Below are positions 41,454 through 52,405 of a stretch of 64,000 nt of DNA, piece after piece. The stretch lies in IMG/VR virus record IMGVR_UViG_3300020180_000017, positions 8,552 to 72,551 of that record; one strand, written 5' to 3'. The notes under the pieces are model-generated. The model saw only the letters and a list, made by a program, of their open reading frames with translations, made no database searches and was not told where the DNA came from. Origin of the DNA: a virus. A program made the position numbers and the translations under genes. Positions within the stretch are counted from its first letter, which is position 1. The number at the start of each line of letters is the position of its first letter.

Positions 41454-42119
41454 TTAGTTGTTATTCTCTACGCTAGTAGAATTTCTTTGATATTGATTAT
41501 TATTATCCATGTCACCAGCTATTATTTTTGCCGCTTCATCTATAATCAACTCCATTACATCATCTTTTAATTCAAAATATTCGTAAGGTTTATTAGAATC
41601 GTATTTTTTAGGATTCTTATAATAGGAAAGTGTAACTTCTTTTGGTAAAAATTCTTTATTGTGGTACACTTTAATTTTATTGCTGCTTATTGTGTGGAAA
41701 ACCTGTTCAAAATCTAAAGATGGTTTTGTACCGTCTGTATTTAATAAAACATCTACATTGCTATCTTCAGCCAGTTGAGAGGGAATAATAATTTCTCCAC
41801 AATCATCTTTATGTAAAAAGTAAACTCTATTAAAATATCTGTAATCTCGTGGTAAATTATTTGATTCTGAATAAACACCTCTATCTGTCATTGTCAACTT
41901 TCTTGAACTTAATAGAGGTTGTAAGTCATCAATCCTAATTCTACTTTCTTCATTACCTTCTTTTAGTATATTATTACCGTGGTAAGTTCTCCTAAACCAA
42001 TCGTTAAAAGCTTTATTTATTACTTCAGATGCAGCATCTTTATCTATATTTTCAAAATCTTGAGTTCCAGATTTATTTAGTCTATATTTTAGTTTTGTAA
42101 AACCATCTATATATTGCAT
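41454..42119 (-). CDS. Head-tail adaptor/ring protein
   Basis: RIDDLQPLL, LPRDY, LSYYKNP, ELIIDEAA pattern; synteny. Confidence 0.6.
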   Translation of the reverse strand: MQYIDGFTKLKYRLNKSGTQDFENIDKDAASEVINKAFNDWFRRTYHGNNILKEGNEESRIRIDDLQPLLSSRKLTMTDRGVYSESNNLPRDYRYFNRVYFLHKDDCGEIIIPSQLAEDSNVDVLLNTDGTKPSLDFEQVFHTISSNKIKVYHNKEFLPKEVTLSYYKNPKKYDSNKPYEYFELKDDVMELIIDEAAKIIAGDMDNNNQYQRNSTSVENNN

Positions 42120-43096
42120 TATAAGTCATTCGTTAATAGTTTCATGGTATCAGAATACATTTCATCAAAAATATCTCTATTGGATGGTTTCATTAGTTTC
42201 TGAACACATTCGTCTAATGTTTTTCCTAGCACTATACCATTTGGAGTTACGTACATATTTTCTCTATTGGTGTAAATGTAGTTGTGGTAATCTGCAATCC
42301 TTATGATTACTTTCATCATAAAAATGTCTCTATCTGCTTTATATTCAGAATAGCTTTTGACAAATTCATTTACAGCCAATTTCTTACCTCGATCTTTAGT
42401 CTTACCATCTACAAAATTATAAAGAGCTTTTACTAATGTAGCAATATTTGTACTTTTAGAAAAACCAAGCATCTTATCTTTTCGATCTCCTAAACTCCAA
42501 GATAAGTACAATAGAGCTTCTTGATCACCAGTTTCAGCTAAATTTCCTATCATGGAAATTGCTTTAACTTTATTTAATTCATCAAGACTATCTCTAATTT
42601 CAGCATCTTTTATTTCTTGTAGAAAATAAGGCGAGCTTTTATACATGGCACATTCCATATTATAAGCAACCAATCCAAATGCGTCACAAACAATTTGCCA
42701 GTAAAGTATTAAATGTTCAAGCCTGTCTGTATCATAAACTAATGAACTTGTTTCATTAGTAATATCTAACTTACTATATTGTGGTTGTGACCACATGTAT
42801 TTATCAGTGTCATCAATCTCCTTTTTTTCACTTCCAAGTAGTTCTTTTGAAACACGTTTGTAAGCTTCTTTTTGAGCTTTAAGAAGACTTACTTTTTCTT
42901 CTTTGGGAATATACTTATTTCTTTCAATTGGTTCAGGACTAAACCCAGTATTAAACCTAAATTTTCCATCCCCAATGATAATGCTATTTATTTCTTCTGA
43001 TTGAAATACTATCAGATTTTGAGCAGTATCTACATTTGTTATATTACCAATTGTTTCTTCGGGGTTGTTTTCTACAACGCTAATTTTAAATCGCAT
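42119..43096 (-). CDS. Conserved crAss-like protein downstream of MCP
   Basis: Synteny; start reassigned to MRFKISV. Confidence 0.55.
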   Translation of the reverse strand: MRFKISVVENNPEETIGNITNVDTAQNLIVFQSEEINSIIIGDGKFRFNTGFSPEPIERNKYIPKEEKVSLLKAQKEAYKRVSKELLGSEKKEIDDTDKYMWSQPQYSKLDITNETSSLVYDTDRLEHLILYWQIVCDAFGLVAYNMECAMYKSSPYFLQEIKDAEIRDSLDELNKVKAISMIGNLAETGDQEALLYLSWSLGDRKDKMLGFSKSTNIATLVKALYNFVDGKTKDRGKKLAVNEFVKSYSEYKADRDIFMMKVIIRIADYHNYIYTNRENMYVTPNGIVLGKTLDECVQKLMKPSNRDIFDEMYSDTMKLLTNDL

Positions 43097-43161
43097 GTTT
43101 TTTGTTTTATTTTGTTTGCTCCATCTGAATTTATACAGGCTGTGGACTGTCTTTGGCTTCA

Positions 43162-43926
43162 TTAAGCAGTAGGGTTGACCCCTACTACGTATGTAAATTT
43201 AAAATTTCCTGCTGATTTCCTATTCCCTTTTAACACTCTGCTAATGTGTGAAATTTTAATTTCCAAACTATTTGCAGCTTCTGTAAGTGATGAAAACTCT
43301 TTTAAAATATTTCCATTTAAATCTAATTGAAGTATGGATTTTTTAGAAGTGCTCGCAGAAGATAATTTTAATTTATCTTCTTTATTTAACGTAGTTCCTT
43401 TGTTGTGAACTGTGTGTGTTTTAAAATATTCTTTTTTATTACTGGATATTTTTTCTTTTGTCTCTTCAGATTGTATTTTACCTTTGTGAAACTCAGACAT
43501 TTTTTGTTTATACTCTTCACTTCTTTTCTTTCCAGTATTAGCATTTACAATTTTAGCTACGTGATCTTTTGAAAGTTTCTTACCTGTGTGAGCAACGGAC
43601 ATTTTAAGTTTGGATTCTTCACTATGCTTTCCACCTTTACCTCCTTTTTGAAGATTTAATAGTAAGATACCTGACTCTCTATACTGTTCAATAAAAAATA
43701 TTTCGTAATTATCTAAAACTTCTTGAGAAACATCTTTTGGTAATTCTTGAACTATCTCCATTCTATGATTTGTAGAGCCATATTTCATAAAAGAGTTAAA
43801 TAAAAGAACTTGGTACTTATGTCTGCTTGGAGAACATGTATATCTATACAACCTGTTTTCAAGATCCCAACTCTGCCCAATATAAACTTTTTCACTTGGA
43901 CTTGTGATTTTGTAGATTCCTACCAT
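43162..43926 (-). mobile_element. Free-standing GIY-YIG homing endonuclease with NUMOD3 repeats and NUMOD1 HTH
   Basis: VGIYKIT...KVYIGQS; HSEESKLKMS, RSEEYKQKMS, QSEETKEKIS repeats; ILQLDLNGNILKEFSSLTEAA. Confidence 0.92.
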
Positions 43927-43944
43927 ATTTTATAATTTAGATTA

Positions 43945-43975
43945 CAAAGATACAGTGGATAAGTGATACTACAAA
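43945..43975 (-). promoter_or_regulatory. Bacteroidota promoter for the endonuclease
   Basis: TTTG-N19-TATCTTTG; the -33 box overlaps the last MCP codons. Confidence 0.7.
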
Positions 43976-45621
43976 GTAAAGTTTGATAGTTTAGGGTTCT
44001 TAGGAACCAATTTTAAAAGCTTCGACGCATCTTTCACCCAAGGAGTACTTACTCTTTTGGTAAAGAACATGCTAAAACCTGTTGCATTTCCAGAACTGTC
44101 ATGTCCACTATAACCATTCATACTTTTCTTAAAGAATGGATGTGCTTCTGTTCCAGCAACGTGATGCCAAGTAGTTTCTCTTTCATCTCTAATATCTCTT
44201 AGTATCTTAATATTATCTTTGCTCATAACATAATCATCAATTATGAATGAATAAGAGGATAATCTATATCCTGTATGTATATATGGATTCAATAGATCAT
44301 TTGCAAACGTAGGGTCAAAACTTGGCTCATATTCAAACCTAAACTCTACTTGACCAGGGATAACTAATCTTGTATAGAAAGGTTTAACTGCGCCAAGACC
44401 TGTACGTGCAGTACCTTCAATTATACCTAAAGGTTGAGCTTGTTGCTGGTAACCTCCAAGAGAATTTACAGCGTACCTTTCAATCAAAGGAGATACTAGT
44501 TGCAAACCTCCTTTACCTGTACGAACTCTTACAATTGGTTCTACACCTTGTTGAACCAAAGGCATTTTACCAGAAGTAAATTTACGATAAGCATTAAGTA
44601 GTGTATCCAGGCTAAAGGTATTTAAATCAAAAATATCTTTATAACCATTTTTGTCTAATTGATGGTAAATACCTATTGGTAGTCTACCTTTATCAAGACC
44701 GTCTCCACCACCAACTACACCACCCTTACCAAACATTATGTAATTACTGTCTTCGTGAGCAAGCATTTTAAAACAAATATCATCCAATGAATATACTAAT
44801 GCAGATGCTTTTACATTACCATTACCACCCGCAGCTCTGTATTCATCCATGTACTTAATCTGAGGATCAATTGGGCTATCCATGAAAAGATATTCTGTAA
44901 CAGACTCTTTCATTTGAGCCAATGTCTTAGTGCCAATATCAGATAAAGACATACCATTAGAATATCTAACAGCTTCTCTAGTTAAATTATAATGTATTTG
45001 TAGTTCAGCAGTGGCTAGTTCTTTTAAATACTTCCTTTCAGAAGCACCTTTAAATTGAAAACTATCCCAATTTTGACCAAACTCAGAACTCCGAGCAGAA
45101 GCCATTTTAAACATCTTACTACCAGTAGTCAAAAATTCAGAAGGTATAAATTTATCTTCTGTCCAACCAGAACCTTGAACTATTTTAAAGCGGTAAGCCC
45201 ATTTGTCACCCATTTCTTTTACACCAGTAACTTCAAGTTCGGGAGAATTAGAAAGTTTGTCAAATGTTACAATACTACCGTGACCACCCAAAGCTCCATT
45301 GGAAAGTATCAAAGAAAATTCTTCACCACCTTTACCAATTTGAATTTGCTTATTTGGATTTTCTATAATCTTAGTAGATGTATCTGAAGCTGTTGGCAAA
45401 CTAAAATAGTATGCTCCATCAACATAAGTAATGTCATTGTTAATGACAAAACCAGCATACATAGGAATATCCTTTACATTTTTATTTGCCCAAAGATCAA
45501 CAAGACCAAAATCTGTTGGTTTTCTATCACTGGCAAGTTTGAAAATGGAGGTTTTATCTAATTGAGATGACACTACACCAAGAGTTGTTTCTTTAATGAG
45601 TGTACCAGGAATTAAAGCCAT
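43969..45621 (-). CDS. Major capsid protein (crAss-like)
   Basis: 550 aa; order portal-scaffold-MCP; GIYHQL, TGKGGL and RLSSYSFIIDD segments. Confidence 0.85.
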   Translation of the reverse strand: MALIPGTLIKETTLGVVSSQLDKTSIFKLASDRKPTDFGLVDLWANKNVKDIPMYAGFVINNDITYVDGAYYFSLPTASDTSTKIIENPNKQIQIGKGGEEFSLILSNGALGGHGSIVTFDKLSNSPELEVTGVKEMGDKWAYRFKIVQGSGWTEDKFIPSEFLTTGSKMFKMASARSSEFGQNWDSFQFKGASERKYLKELATAELQIHYNLTREAVRYSNGMSLSDIGTKTLAQMKESVTEYLFMDSPIDPQIKYMDEYRAAGGNGNVKASALVYSLDDICFKMLAHEDSNYIMFGKGGVVGGGDGLDKGRLPIGIYHQLDKNGYKDIFDLNTFSLDTLLNAYRKFTSGKMPLVQQGVEPIVRVRTGKGGLQLVSPLIERYAVNSLGGYQQQAQPLGIIEGTARTGLGAVKPFYTRLVIPGQVEFRFEYEPSFDPTFANDLLNPYIHTGYRLSSYSFIIDDYVMSKDNIKILRDIRDERETTWHHVAGTEAHPFFKKSMNGYSGHDSSGNATGFSMFFTKRVSTPWVKDASKLLKLVPKNPKLSNFTL

Positions 45622-45641
45622 TGTTATATTTATTTAAATAT

Positions 45642-46691
45642 TTAAGTGTAATTTCCAGTAAAAGGGTTAAAAACCTTATCAGATTTATTTTCTTTTTTTC
45701 TGGAGGTTGCCTCTGAATGAGACTCTGTTGTATCTGAAGCAAATTTTAATTTGCCTCTTAAATCTTTTGCTACTGCTCCTCTAACTCTATTTGTATAGAG
45801 TTCATCAAATCTTTCTTCATTTTCTATTAGCATGATTGCTTTTGCAAGTGTATCAAACTTTCCTTCTGCTTGTAGTTGCTCTATTTTTTTATAAATTGTA
45901 AATCCTTTAACATCAGGATTATAAGATAGATTATTATAAATAATATCTTTATCTTCATCTTTTAACTTCATCCCACCTATTTCTTTATTAGAAAGAAACG
46001 TTAGTACAGATTTTTCATTTTCATCTATTGCTTTATAAAAAGAAGCAATGTTATTTTGTTCGTCAGCTAACTTTTGTTTCTTTTCATTCTCAAAATGAGA
46101 AACAAGAATAGGTTTATACTTATTTGCTCTTTCTGAAAGTTTATTTCTCTCTCTTAAATCTGCAATCTCTTCTTCAATTACTTCTTTTGGTTCATTTCTA
46201 AGCCTCATGTAATTTTCAATTACTAATTCTGCATCATTCAGATCTGTGGTGTCTAAACTACTATAATCATCAATTACTTTTTGTGACTCAATTATAGAGT
46301 ATAACTTAGACATGTCATCTCCTGCAAATTCAGCCATTTTTGCAAATTCTTGAAAAACAGGGGATTTAGATTCGTACCAAGTTTTATCAACAGTTTTAAT
46401 GGCTTGCTCATATCTAAGATCAGCATTCATATCAATGAACTCAACTACGTCTTCGTAAGATTCAATTTTTTTATCTTCCCAAAAAGCAAAGTTGTAAGTT
46501 TTATCGTCTCTTAACTTTTCAAAGACATCTACCAAATTTAGATCTTCACTTTCACGCACCTCTTCCTGTATAGGAAGTGGTTCTTGTTCGTTTTGATTTT
46601 CAGGTAGTTGATCAGTAGACTCAATAGGAGTTTCCACTTTATTGCTATCTTGCATAAACCAAGAAGCATCTTCGGTTTGTTTAATATCCAT
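45642..46691 (-). CDS. Putative scaffolding / head assembly protein
   Basis: Acidic helical protein between portal and MCP. Confidence 0.55.
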   Translation of the reverse strand: MDIKQTEDASWFMQDSNKVETPIESTDQLPENQNEQEPLPIQEEVRESEDLNLVDVFEKLRDDKTYNFAFWEDKKIESYEDVVEFIDMNADLRYEQAIKTVDKTWYESKSPVFQEFAKMAEFAGDDMSKLYSIIESQKVIDDYSSLDTTDLNDAELVIENYMRLRNEPKEVIEEEIADLRERNKLSERANKYKPILVSHFENEKKQKLADEQNNIASFYKAIDENEKSVLTFLSNKEIGGMKLKDEDKDIIYNNLSYNPDVKGFTIYKKIEQLQAEGKFDTLAKAIMLIENEERFDELYTNRVRGAVAKDLRGKLKFASDTTESHSEATSRKKENKSDKVFNPFTGNYT

Positions 46692-46765
46692 TTTGTTTTG
46701 TTTGTCTATAATAAAAGTATAACCCTAATTATAGAGATTAAAAAATATATTGTTAAATGATATAA

Positions 46766-49579
46766 CTATTTCTTTAAAACCTTCTTATCCAGTGAAGAAT
46801 CTGAAGAACTGTTCCTGTTTACAACAGCTTGCTTTAGTTTTTTATCGTCACTTCTATCTTTCTGTAAAAGTTTATCTCTTTCAATACTTAAGTTGTCTTG
46901 ATGTATTTCTTGTTGCAGTTGTAAAGAAGAAATTGATTGAGCTTCTTTTGCTTTTAATTCTCTTTGTTTTAAAATATATTTAAAATTCTCCATACTATCA
47001 ATTTCTGTATTTGTATTACTATCAGTTTGTAAGCCACCACCCAATATGTTTAATTGAGCTATATACTCTTTTGATTCTCTATCCAAATCTTTTTGAATAT
47101 TGCTATTCTCCAGTTCTTTATCCAGCAACAATTGTTCGTGATCTTGTAGAGCTTTTAATTCAGCTTGTTTTGCTTGCTCTGCTTTACTTGCATTTTCTTG
47201 AGCTTGTAATTCAGCTTCTTCTAATATTGTTAAAACTTTAGTTACATTTTCATCTGCTTCAGCAACAACTTTAAGACGGGTTAATAAACTTTCTTGAAGT
47301 GTATTATCAAAAGCCATTTTTTTCAATAGCTGTGTAAATTCTTGATTATCAAAAGAATATTTTGGAGTACACATAAAATCTTTATGCAGTAATTCTAAAC
47401 CAGTTATATCTAACCAAGTATTTTCATCTTTTTCATTTAAATATGTTATTCTAAACTCTTTGTTGATAGTAGAATAGTATTGTGTGGCTTCCAGCATTTT
47501 CTGATAGAGATCAGGCATAAGTCTAGTGTTAAATTCGTCAAATATTAACTCTGTTTGTACTTGTGATATTTGTTGAGAAGCTTGTACATTAAACACGCCT
47601 TCTGAAGCTTTTATTTCTCCCATAGCCTGTGGTGTCACACCAACTGTTCTAAGGGCGTTATACCATATCCTTTCAGCTAATTGATCGTACTTAAGAGCTT
47701 CATCTAATGTAGATAAATTTAATACGGTTGGAGCAGACATTTGCCCACCTGCGTTTTGCATATATTGTTTGTCATATGTTAATCTCAATGTTTTATTTTT
47801 CTTTATTTGATCTTCGTAATTTTTTACTATTTGACCGTCATCACTGTCATCACTATCCCATCTGCTAACAAGATTTGTAGGGTAAGCTAAAACCAGTCCT
47901 CTATCTTGAGCAATGGCTTGTTTAACTCTATTTTTGCAAATATTATATATTACTTGATCTTGTTTCAACAAAGAAACTACAGAAACTGCTTTTACACCTC
48001 TTTGTTTTAATTCAATACCCACAATTGGTGGTTGCACACCAAATGGGGTTTTATCGTTTTTAAATTGAAAGTCAAGAGAGTTCCCGTCAATGTAAATTTT
48101 ATCAAGATTAATACCTAAATTATTAAAATTAGAATGTGTATTATTTGGAGAAAGAACAATAAATCTTCTCCAATCAGGAACCCACTCCCAATCAATATGT
48201 TCTCCATAAACAAGTGTTTCTACTGTTTTATCTTTTAATTTGGCAAAATTATAAATGGGTTGTTCTGTAACAATGTAATCTTCATTTATCCAATCAGAAA
48301 ATTCTATTTCACCTGTTCTACCTATTTTAGTTAACCACCCAATTCTTCTTTGACTTTTTAAGTATAGGTACATTGTCCTGTATATACGATCTTGTCCATA
48401 AGTAAAATCAGGATTTACATCTGGATTAGATAGAGTTACTGTAGTTGTATTTGTAAACTCTATCCCTGTAGTATTTTTTAATTCTTGCTTATATCTTGCT
48501 ACATCCAAAGGCTCATTTGGTTGAGCATTATACGGTCTTGTAGCATCATACCCTTCTTGGCCTATTACTGCACTTGTTCCACCTTGTCCTGTCCTATCCT
48601 GTACTTCGTTATTAAAAGAAGATATGAGATTTAAATTATTTCTACCTATTGCTGTGTTAACTGTTTTTAATCTATCAATGTCTTCTTGGGTAAGTATTTT
48701 ACCAAAGTTATCAAGAAGTTCCCCTATGTTCATCCATTTAAACCAGCCTATATAATCACTATCAGTTATGTAAACTGAATTAGGAACAGACCCATTAAAA
48801 GCAAATGCTTCATCAATATGTTCCACGTGAAACTTATCTTTTAACATGTTAATATGAAAAATAACTTTGGAAGAATTTAAATAACTCTCTTTAAAAGCTT
48901 GTTTCATCATATTACGAATATTGAATTTTTCGTAATTTATTTTATGTACTCTATTAGCCCATTCTACTGCTACGTCTTTATAGTTTTTAAATTTTAATTG
49001 AGCTTCAATTAATTTTTCTTGCTGTGCTTTACCATCAACAGGTTCTCCATTAATAGAAGCATCCCTCATTTCAAGTAGCATACCTTTTAATGCATCTTTA
49101 AATATTTGATCTTTTATATCAAATAACTCTGCCTTACTAAATTCGTCAATTAAAGAAAATGTCACTTTATTATTTCTTTTTAATTGGTAACCAGTAAAAA
49201 GATTTACAAGATTTGGAACTAACGGATAAAATTCCATACCTCCATCATCTTCTAAGGGAGCATCTAAAGTTATACCAGATTTGTTAAATACTTCATATTG
49301 ATTTGTATTCTTAACTTTTTTATAGTCGTTAATATCAAGAACACCAGAAGAAATCCATCTATTTTTAATTATACTATTATAGTTTTGAGCTACTTTAGTT
49401 AAACCTATGTGTTCGTAGTAATCTGCAACAGAAGCTTTCCAATCATCTGTTTTTTCAGATTTAGGTAGAAAATGTATTACTGTATTTGATAGGACAGATG
49501 TGTTTTGACCTTTTCTTTTAAAGTATTCTCCTTTCCACATATCTACACCTCGTAAAATCATTTTGTCTACTCCGGCCAT
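46766..49579 (-). CDS. Portal protein
   Basis: 937 aa directly downstream of terL; FLPKSEKTDDW, FYPLVPNLVNLFTG, VGVTPQAMGEI; C-terminal coiled coil. Confidence 0.88.
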   Translation of the reverse strand: MAGVDKMILRGVDMWKGEYFKRKGQNTSVLSNTVIHFLPKSEKTDDWKASVADYYEHIGLTKVAQNYNSIIKNRWISSGVLDINDYKKVKNTNQYEVFNKSGITLDAPLEDDGGMEFYPLVPNLVNLFTGYQLKRNNKVTFSLIDEFSKAELFDIKDQIFKDALKGMLLEMRDASINGEPVDGKAQQEKLIEAQLKFKNYKDVAVEWANRVHKINYEKFNIRNMMKQAFKESYLNSSKVIFHINMLKDKFHVEHIDEAFAFNGSVPNSVYITDSDYIGWFKWMNIGELLDNFGKILTQEDIDRLKTVNTAIGRNNLNLISSFNNEVQDRTGQGGTSAVIGQEGYDATRPYNAQPNEPLDVARYKQELKNTTGIEFTNTTTVTLSNPDVNPDFTYGQDRIYRTMYLYLKSQRRIGWLTKIGRTGEIEFSDWINEDYIVTEQPIYNFAKLKDKTVETLVYGEHIDWEWVPDWRRFIVLSPNNTHSNFNNLGINLDKIYIDGNSLDFQFKNDKTPFGVQPPIVGIELKQRGVKAVSVVSLLKQDQVIYNICKNRVKQAIAQDRGLVLAYPTNLVSRWDSDDSDDGQIVKNYEDQIKKNKTLRLTYDKQYMQNAGGQMSAPTVLNLSTLDEALKYDQLAERIWYNALRTVGVTPQAMGEIKASEGVFNVQASQQISQVQTELIFDEFNTRLMPDLYQKMLEATQYYSTINKEFRITYLNEKDENTWLDITGLELLHKDFMCTPKYSFDNQEFTQLLKKMAFDNTLQESLLTRLKVVAEADENVTKVLTILEEAELQAQENASKAEQAKQAELKALQDHEQLLLDKELENSNIQKDLDRESKEYIAQLNILGGGLQTDSNTNTEIDSMENFKYILKQRELKAKEAQSISSLQLQQEIHQDNLSIERDKLLQKDRSDDKKLKQAVVNRNSSSDSSLDKKVLKK

Positions 49580-49589
49580 AATATTATAA

Positions 49590-51854
49590 TTAATAATTTG
49601 TAAAATTAAATTCCTCTACATTTTCATTTATATAATTATATAAATAGTTGGTTGTAGGTTTTATTACTTTGTCTGTTTTTATTTTTAATCTGTGAATACC
49701 ATTTTTGATTGCATATAATTTCATTATGTAATAACCAGCAAAATCAGATATAATTCTATCAAAGTTTTCTATGTTATCGTCATTGTAAAATTTTAATTCT
49801 TCTAAAAACCAATAATCAGGTATTCTATCTATCCCTTTATAGGTCTTAATAACTTTTTCATTATCTTTACCAGTATTGATAGTGATACTTCCATATTCAG
49901 CATGTAAGTATTCTTTAAATATTTTTTTAAATTCTTTAAATATTTCAGCCGCTTTACCGTTACTTCCTTTGTAAAACCCGTAGGATGAATTATCTCTACC
50001 AAACGTATTTTCTTTAAACATATCTATCTCTCTTTCTTTTGCTAAAAGGTGAGACAGCATTTTTCTAATTACGTAATTTATAAAATTTGGTTTATTTCTT
50101 TCTACTAATGTGTAAGCGTTATAAAGTTTTATTAAAAGATTGGCGTGTTCATTTGTTTCTTCTGTAGTATCAAACCTACCTCTCCAATTTGCAACCATTT
50201 TATCCCCTGTAATCTTTATTTGTTTTTCACCTTTTTCGTCTAAATACTCTTCTTCAACAGGTCTTTTCCAAATTGAAATAGAAAATACAGATTTTGATGT
50301 AGTAGTAACTCCTGTTTCTACAGGATCCACACCAGCAAAGTAAGTATAAAAAGGAGCATTTTTTTCTGGTTCTTCATATATTGTTACTAAACCCCTTTTA
50401 TCTTGCATTTTTGGATCAACAGGGTAACCTATTTCTTCTGGCAGTTTATTTAGTTGATATTTAGTCTTTCCATCACTATCAATGTATAGTAAACATTTTA
50501 TTGGTTTAACATCCCAACTGTTTTCTTTATCTTTTATTTTTATAACTGCTTGTGCTCTTTCTATTGCTTGTACGTCAAACTCTGATACGTTTCTCCATGC
50601 AAAAGCCTCTTTAATATTTTTTGGATTTTGAGACTTTTTAAGTATGTACTCTCTAGGCTCAAGAGCAATCCATGCGGGTTCGTCATCTATTCTACCATAC
50701 TCTCCTGCTTTAAACCCTTCAAATTCAGCTTTGTTTAAAAGTGTTAAAGCTAACTCTATTTGAGAGTTACCATGAATATCAGTTGCCTCAGGCATACCCC
50801 ATTGAGCAGGAACAAATAATCCGCAAATGTGCTCTACACCACTTTCATCGTAATATTCTGTGGGCACTCCAAAAAACCCGTAATTAAAAGGATTTTTAAT
50901 AAATTTTTCCAAAGGTTTACATTCAGTAAGATCACCCACCGAACCTCCAATACAAAAACTACCCACTCTACTAAGACCAGATGTTAATGCTGGTTCCATG
51001 TATTGCAGTGTAATATCAGCCGTGGGAGCAATTCCACCTTCTTCATACCAAGCCCAAAACGTAGGGCCACCCACACCTTTTTTAGGATCTTTATTAAGTG
51101 TGTTTGCTACTATAGTTGATTCATTTCCTTCCCACTCCCATTTATTCTTTACTCCTTTAACTTGTTGTCTCTGCCTTATCTCCCCTCCTTTATCAGGAGA
51201 AAATTCTCTATTCCAATCAGTGTGGTTATTTAAATGTGTTTTAAAATGGTTAAGGATAGACCAAGAACCATCCACGTCATCAATAAATTTATCATCTGAA
51301 GCAAACCATTTAATACGTCTTCTATTTTCAAACCAAAGATAATTTACTGACTTAGCTACGTGAGCATAACTAAATACAAATTGTCTACGTTTAAGTATGC
51401 AAGAGTGCTTATGAAATATTTCAGCAATCTTTTCATAGAGCATCATGTGATACTGTCCATCTCTTATAGTAACAAAAGTTTCTTTGTAGCCTTGTTCTTT
51501 ATTTATGATTGGACAAAAATTAATAAAAAAATAGTAATCTCTACATGTATACCAATAATTATTTTTATCTTTCCAAATAACCCCAAGTCTACTTTTTAAT
51601 TCTTCTCCATCCCAAAACTCATTGTATTCTGGAGTGGATTCTGCATATTCTGTGTATCTATTGTTTTCTAACCAAGTTTTTGCAGGTTTATTCCACTCAC
51701 ATATTTTATCCTTGTGAAAATTATAATCCCCAGGTTTTTTAAAACATTCCTTAAGTAGGAAATTACCAAATTCTAATTGAGTATTAAATGATGTCTTACT
51801 CCATTGTTTAATGTCAAAGTTATAAGTGGGTATATTTTTTATAGGTACTATCAT
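49590..51854 (-). CDS. terL: Terminase large subunit
   Basis: LKRRQFVFSY Walker A variant, WYEEGG Walker B, GGSVG, YFAGVDP RNase H motif, ERN, NFDR. Confidence 0.92.
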   Translation of the reverse strand: MIVPIKNIPTYNFDIKQWSKTSFNTQLEFGNFLLKECFKKPGDYNFHKDKICEWNKPAKTWLENNRYTEYAESTPEYNEFWDGEELKSRLGVIWKDKNNYWYTCRDYYFFINFCPIINKEQGYKETFVTIRDGQYHMMLYEKIAEIFHKHSCILKRRQFVFSYAHVAKSVNYLWFENRRRIKWFASDDKFIDDVDGSWSILNHFKTHLNNHTDWNREFSPDKGGEIRQRQQVKGVKNKWEWEGNESTIVANTLNKDPKKGVGGPTFWAWYEEGGIAPTADITLQYMEPALTSGLSRVGSFCIGGSVGDLTECKPLEKFIKNPFNYGFFGVPTEYYDESGVEHICGLFVPAQWGMPEATDIHGNSQIELALTLLNKAEFEGFKAGEYGRIDDEPAWIALEPREYILKKSQNPKNIKEAFAWRNVSEFDVQAIERAQAVIKIKDKENSWDVKPIKCLLYIDSDGKTKYQLNKLPEEIGYPVDPKMQDKRGLVTIYEEPEKNAPFYTYFAGVDPVETGVTTTSKSVFSISIWKRPVEEEYLDEKGEKQIKITGDKMVANWRGRFDTTEETNEHANLLIKLYNAYTLVERNKPNFINYVIRKMLSHLLAKEREIDMFKENTFGRDNSSYGFYKGSNGKAAEIFKEFKKIFKEYLHAEYGSITINTGKDNEKVIKTYKGIDRIPDYWFLEELKFYNDDNIENFDRIISDFAGYYIMKLYAIKNGIHRLKIKTDKVIKPTTNYLYNYINENVEEFNFTNY

Positions 51855-52405
51855 TCAAGATCCTCCTGTTTTTTCCTATTCTTTTTACCTCCCCCTCTTA
51901 TTTGCTCTACGTTCATTTCTTCTTCTAATTCTTTATAGGAATCATTTGTTTTTTTATTGAGATCTTCTAATGCAGAAAGGGCTTTATTTACTTCAGCCAT
52001 ATTACCATCCATTTTATCAAGTGATACTGGCGTAAATCTTATTTGAGTAAGTATTTTTTCATGAAGTTCAGTAATAGCTTTATGTGCTCTGTATTTTGGA
52101 GTTGCGTAAAGCTCTTCTACTAAATCTAAAGCTTGTTCAATTAATTCATCTTCCATATCTACTACTAACTCTAATTCTGGATATGTGCTTCTTAATATTG
52201 TTTCATATTTATTATTGGATGATAAATTAGCAAATGGATTAGTGTTTGGATTGAGATCGTAGCATTTATCAAATATTTGAAATAATTTTAAAGAGTTTTG
52301 CTCTCCGTATTTGTCTATTATTTCTTGAAGATACCAAATGTCTTTAGTAGCTTTAGTTATTTTTGCTTTGCCGTTATTATCTATGTCAAATATATTAACC
52401 TTCAT
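51851..52405 (-). CDS. Probable terminase small subunit
   Basis: Helical 184-aa protein overlapping the terL start; C-terminal IRGG. Confidence 0.5.
   Translation of the reverse strand: MKVNIFDIDNNGKAKITKATKDIWYLQEIIDKYGEQNSLKLFQIFDKCYDLNPNTNPFANLSSNNKYETILRSTYPELELVVDMEDELIEQALDLVEELYATPKYRAHKAITELHEKILTQIRFTPVSLDKMDGNMAEVNKALSALEDLNKKTNDSYKELEEEMNVEQIRGGGKKNRKKQEDLE

Noticed and set aside
43162-43969. Group I intron around the GIY-YIG gene
   Set aside because: The flanking genes appear complete, the spacers are too short, and no P7-type core motifs were seen.
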